Source: Patescibacteria group bacterium
Lineage (GTDB): Bacteria; Patescibacteriota; Patescibacteriia; UBA9934; CAMTUG01
Length of the DNA stretch: 57,511 bases
Assembly (NCBI GenBank): GCA_038065815.1
Contig: JBBTQF010000021.1
Span: 1 to 57,511 of the forward strand
Reading direction: 5' to 3'
A program made the translations under genes and the position numbers. Positions within the stretch are counted from its first letter, which is position 1. Every line of letters starts with the position of its first letter. The notes under the pieces are model-generated. The model did no database searches, was not told the DNA's origin, and was given only the letters and a program-made list of their open reading frames with translations. Below, in pieces: positions 55,530 through 57,511 of this stretch.

Positions 55530-55573
55530 AAATTTGGAATACGCTTTGGATGTGATAAAGTGCAACTGGTCTT

Positions 55574-57061
55574 ATGTCCGAAACCCTTTATCGCAAATAT
55601 CGTCCGAAAACCTTTGCTGATGTTTCCGAGCAAGGGCACGTAAAAAATGCCTTACAAAATCAGCTCAAGAGCGGTACGCTTGGGCATGCTTATCTGTTTG
55701 CTGGTCCTCGAGGGGTTGGGAAGACAACGATGGCACGTCTGCTTGCCAAGTCCGTGAACTGTGAAAAATTGAAGGACGCAGAGCCATGCTTGAAATGTAA
55801 AAGTTGTCTTGAGATTGAACGTGGGGCAACTTTGGACGTAGTTGAAATTGACGCGGCCAGTCACACAGGTGTTGATGACGTCCGCGAGATGATCATTGAA
55901 AACATCCGCTTCGTTCCGAATTGGCTCAAAAAGAAAGTGTTCATCATTGATGAGGTTCATATGCTCACCATGCACGCATTTAATGCGCTCCTAAAGACAC
56001 TTGAGGAACCTCCGCCATACGCACTTTTTATTTTGGCAACAACAGAGCTTCATAAAGTTCCAGAAACGATTATATCGCGCTGTCAGCGTTTTGATTTTCA
56101 CCGTTTGCGACACGACGTGATTGTGGAGCGATTAAATGGGCTGGTGAAAGCGGAGAAGACGAAGGTAGAAAATGATGTTCTAGAGGTAATCGCGAGGCGC
56201 TCCGATGGTTGTATGCGCGACGCCGAAAGCCTGCTTGCTCAAGTGCTTGCCGTTGATGACCCATCGCTGGTTTTGCCTCCGTCATATGTGCAGGAGGCAA
56301 TAACATTCCTCGAAGTGTCTAGCACAGGGGAAGCAGTAAAGGCGATCAAAATTGTGAGCGACGCGGTGGAGCGAGGCGCGCGCATGGAGCCGTTTATGGA
56401 CGAGGTGCTGGCGCAGATGCGCCATTCAATGCTGAAGTCGCTTGGTTGTCAGATTGAGCCGCGCTATGATGCAGACGTTGAGAAACGATTGAGTGAACTT
56501 GGAAAGACGCTTGGCGCTCAGAGACTCCAAGAGATGTTACGCACCTTCATTGAAGATCGAGACCTATTTATGCGCGATCAATTTCCTCAAATCGCTCTAG
56601 AGATTTTTGCTGGACGCTTTGCGCTTCAAGATATTTTACAAGCCAACGGCGATACCCCTATGCCTATTAAGTCTCAAGCGCATGGCCATCAAGTCATAAC
56701 ACCCGATGATACACCCACGCGTGGCAATACTGGTGATCCGACAAAAATAAAAACAACGCTAGCTCAAATTAGGGATGGTTGGGTTGAGTGCTGTAAGGGA
56801 CTTGGCGAGCACAGCGCAACATTGCCTTTGGTGCTACAGAATGCGCAAGTCTCGGAGTTAAGCGGTGGAGAGTTGCGTTTAAGTTTTCCATTTCAGTTCC
56901 ATGCCCACCAAATCAATGAGTCTAAAAATAAACGTCTCATTGAGGATGCGCTGGCAAAAACTTTTTCCGAGCCAATCTATATAACTGCCCATTATGTGCC
57001 GACAAGCACCGAAGCCGTGATTACCGATCTTATTCAAGAATTTGGAGGATCAGTGGCGTAA
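55574..57061 (+). CDS. dnaX: DNA polymerase III subunit gamma/tau
   Basis: LYRKYRPKTFADV, GPRGVGKTT, zinc module CEKLKDAEPCLKCKSC, IIDEVHMLT, and SRCQRFDF. Confidence 0.9.
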   Translation: MSETLYRKYRPKTFADVSEQGHVKNALQNQLKSGTLGHAYLFAGPRGVGKTTMARLLAKSVNCEKLKDAEPCLKCKSCLEIERGATLDVVEIDAASHTGVDDVREMIIENIRFVPNWLKKKVFIIDEVHMLTMHAFNALLKTLEEPPPYALFILATTELHKVPETIISRCQRFDFHRLRHDVIVERLNGLVKAEKTKVENDVLEVIARRSDGCMRDAESLLAQVLAVDDPSLVLPPSYVQEAITFLEVSSTGEAVKAIKIVSDAVERGARMEPFMDEVLAQMRHSMLKSLGCQIEPRYDADVEKRLSELGKTLGAQRLQEMLRTFIEDRDLFMRDQFPQIALEIFAGRFALQDILQANGDTPMPIKSQAHGHQVITPDDTPTRGNTGDPTKIKTTLAQIRDGWVECCKGLGEHSATLPLVLQNAQVSELSGGELRLSFPFQFHAHQINESKNKRLIEDALAKTFSEPIYITAHYVPTSTEAVITDLIQEFGGSVA

Positions 57062-57075
57062 TTAACGCCTTTAAT

Positions 57076-57511
57076 ATGAAACGCTATCAACTCATCGCGA
57101 TTGTGCTCATCATGACAGCCGTGGCCCTCGGCATTCGCACTTATACCAATCGTCCTGACACGGATTATATTTCCACGGGTGTCAGCGGAAACCCGGATGC
57201 GGAGCAGGATACTCTGGCCGCCTCGTCAATCACGTGGAAAACGTTCACGACACTTTCTACGGATTCATTCAATGTTTCCTTTGATTATCCGGAGGGTTCG
57301 ACGATTGAGGAGGGAGCCAATGACAGCTTTCAGGCGTATGCGATTGTCAAGGATGGGAAGCGTGATGTTGTTGTTATGATTATTGACGACGCGAATAAAG
57401 ATGATTTCGTGAAAGCGATGACTGATGCTGATGCAACACAATCCACATCAGACCGTGGTGTAACATATCGAGGCGTCCCACAGGCAGATTCTGTGCTTGC
57501 GGGACTTTCTG
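57076..57511 (+). CDS. membrane-anchored hypothetical protein, 3' end off-window
   Basis: ATG 57076 with the frame open to the window end. MKRYQLIAIVLIMTAVALGI is a signal-anchor. It is absent from the ORF track because no stop is reached. Confidence 0.5.
   Translation, partial: MKRYQLIAIVLIMTAVALGIRTYTNRPDTDYISTGVSGNPDAEQDTLAASSITWKTFTTLSTDSFNVSFDYPEGSTIEEGANDSFQAYAIVKDGKRDVVVMIIDDANKDDFVKAMTDADATQSTSDRGVTYRGVPQADSVLAGLS

Noticed and set aside
1-57511. CRISPR arrays, rRNA genes, IS elements or transposases, integrases, prophage structural genes.
   Set aside because: Reading both strands, I found no regularly spaced direct repeats, no rRNA-like conserved blocks, and no DDE/tyrosine/serine recombinase motifs.

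Overview
The window is 57.5 kb of bacterial chromosome with tightly packed genes, many joined by ATGA/TAATG overlaps. The gene content suggests a small-genome Patescibacteria/CPR-type organism; this is an inference that needs a database search to confirm. Most of the window is housekeeping: a Clp-family ATPase, a WecA/MraY-like transferase, rplU, recR-ybaB-dnaB, folD-glyA, murC, murB, hpf, secA, secDF, tsaD, uppP, mnmA, lepA, recJ, rnhA, pilM plus a pilin, cysS and dnaX. I found no rRNA, canonical tRNA, CRISPR array, transposase or integrase. Five accessory regions stand out. (1) At 29.2-39.3 kb an NYN-domain gene is followed by five tandem paralogs of an uncharacterised ~577-aa Cys-rich protein. 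This block also holds a decayed second NYN copy, a 46-codon collapsed paralog, two conserved 26-codon upstream ORFs carrying a covarying hairpin, and an antisense tRNA-like RNA unit with its own -10 box and terminator. (2) A VirD4/TraD-like P-loop ATPase module occurs twice: split into a membrane protein plus two ATPases at 23.2-28.2 kb, and fused into one protein at 52.5-54.9 kb. (3) A ~320-nt non-coding unit at 51.6-52.0 kb has a near-consensus promoter and a strong terminator. (4) A 1.2-kb insertion is bracketed by a duplicated mnmA 5' end. (5) There is a hicBA pair and a small patch of gene decay. All calls come from reading the ORF translations and the DNA by eye; no searches were run.
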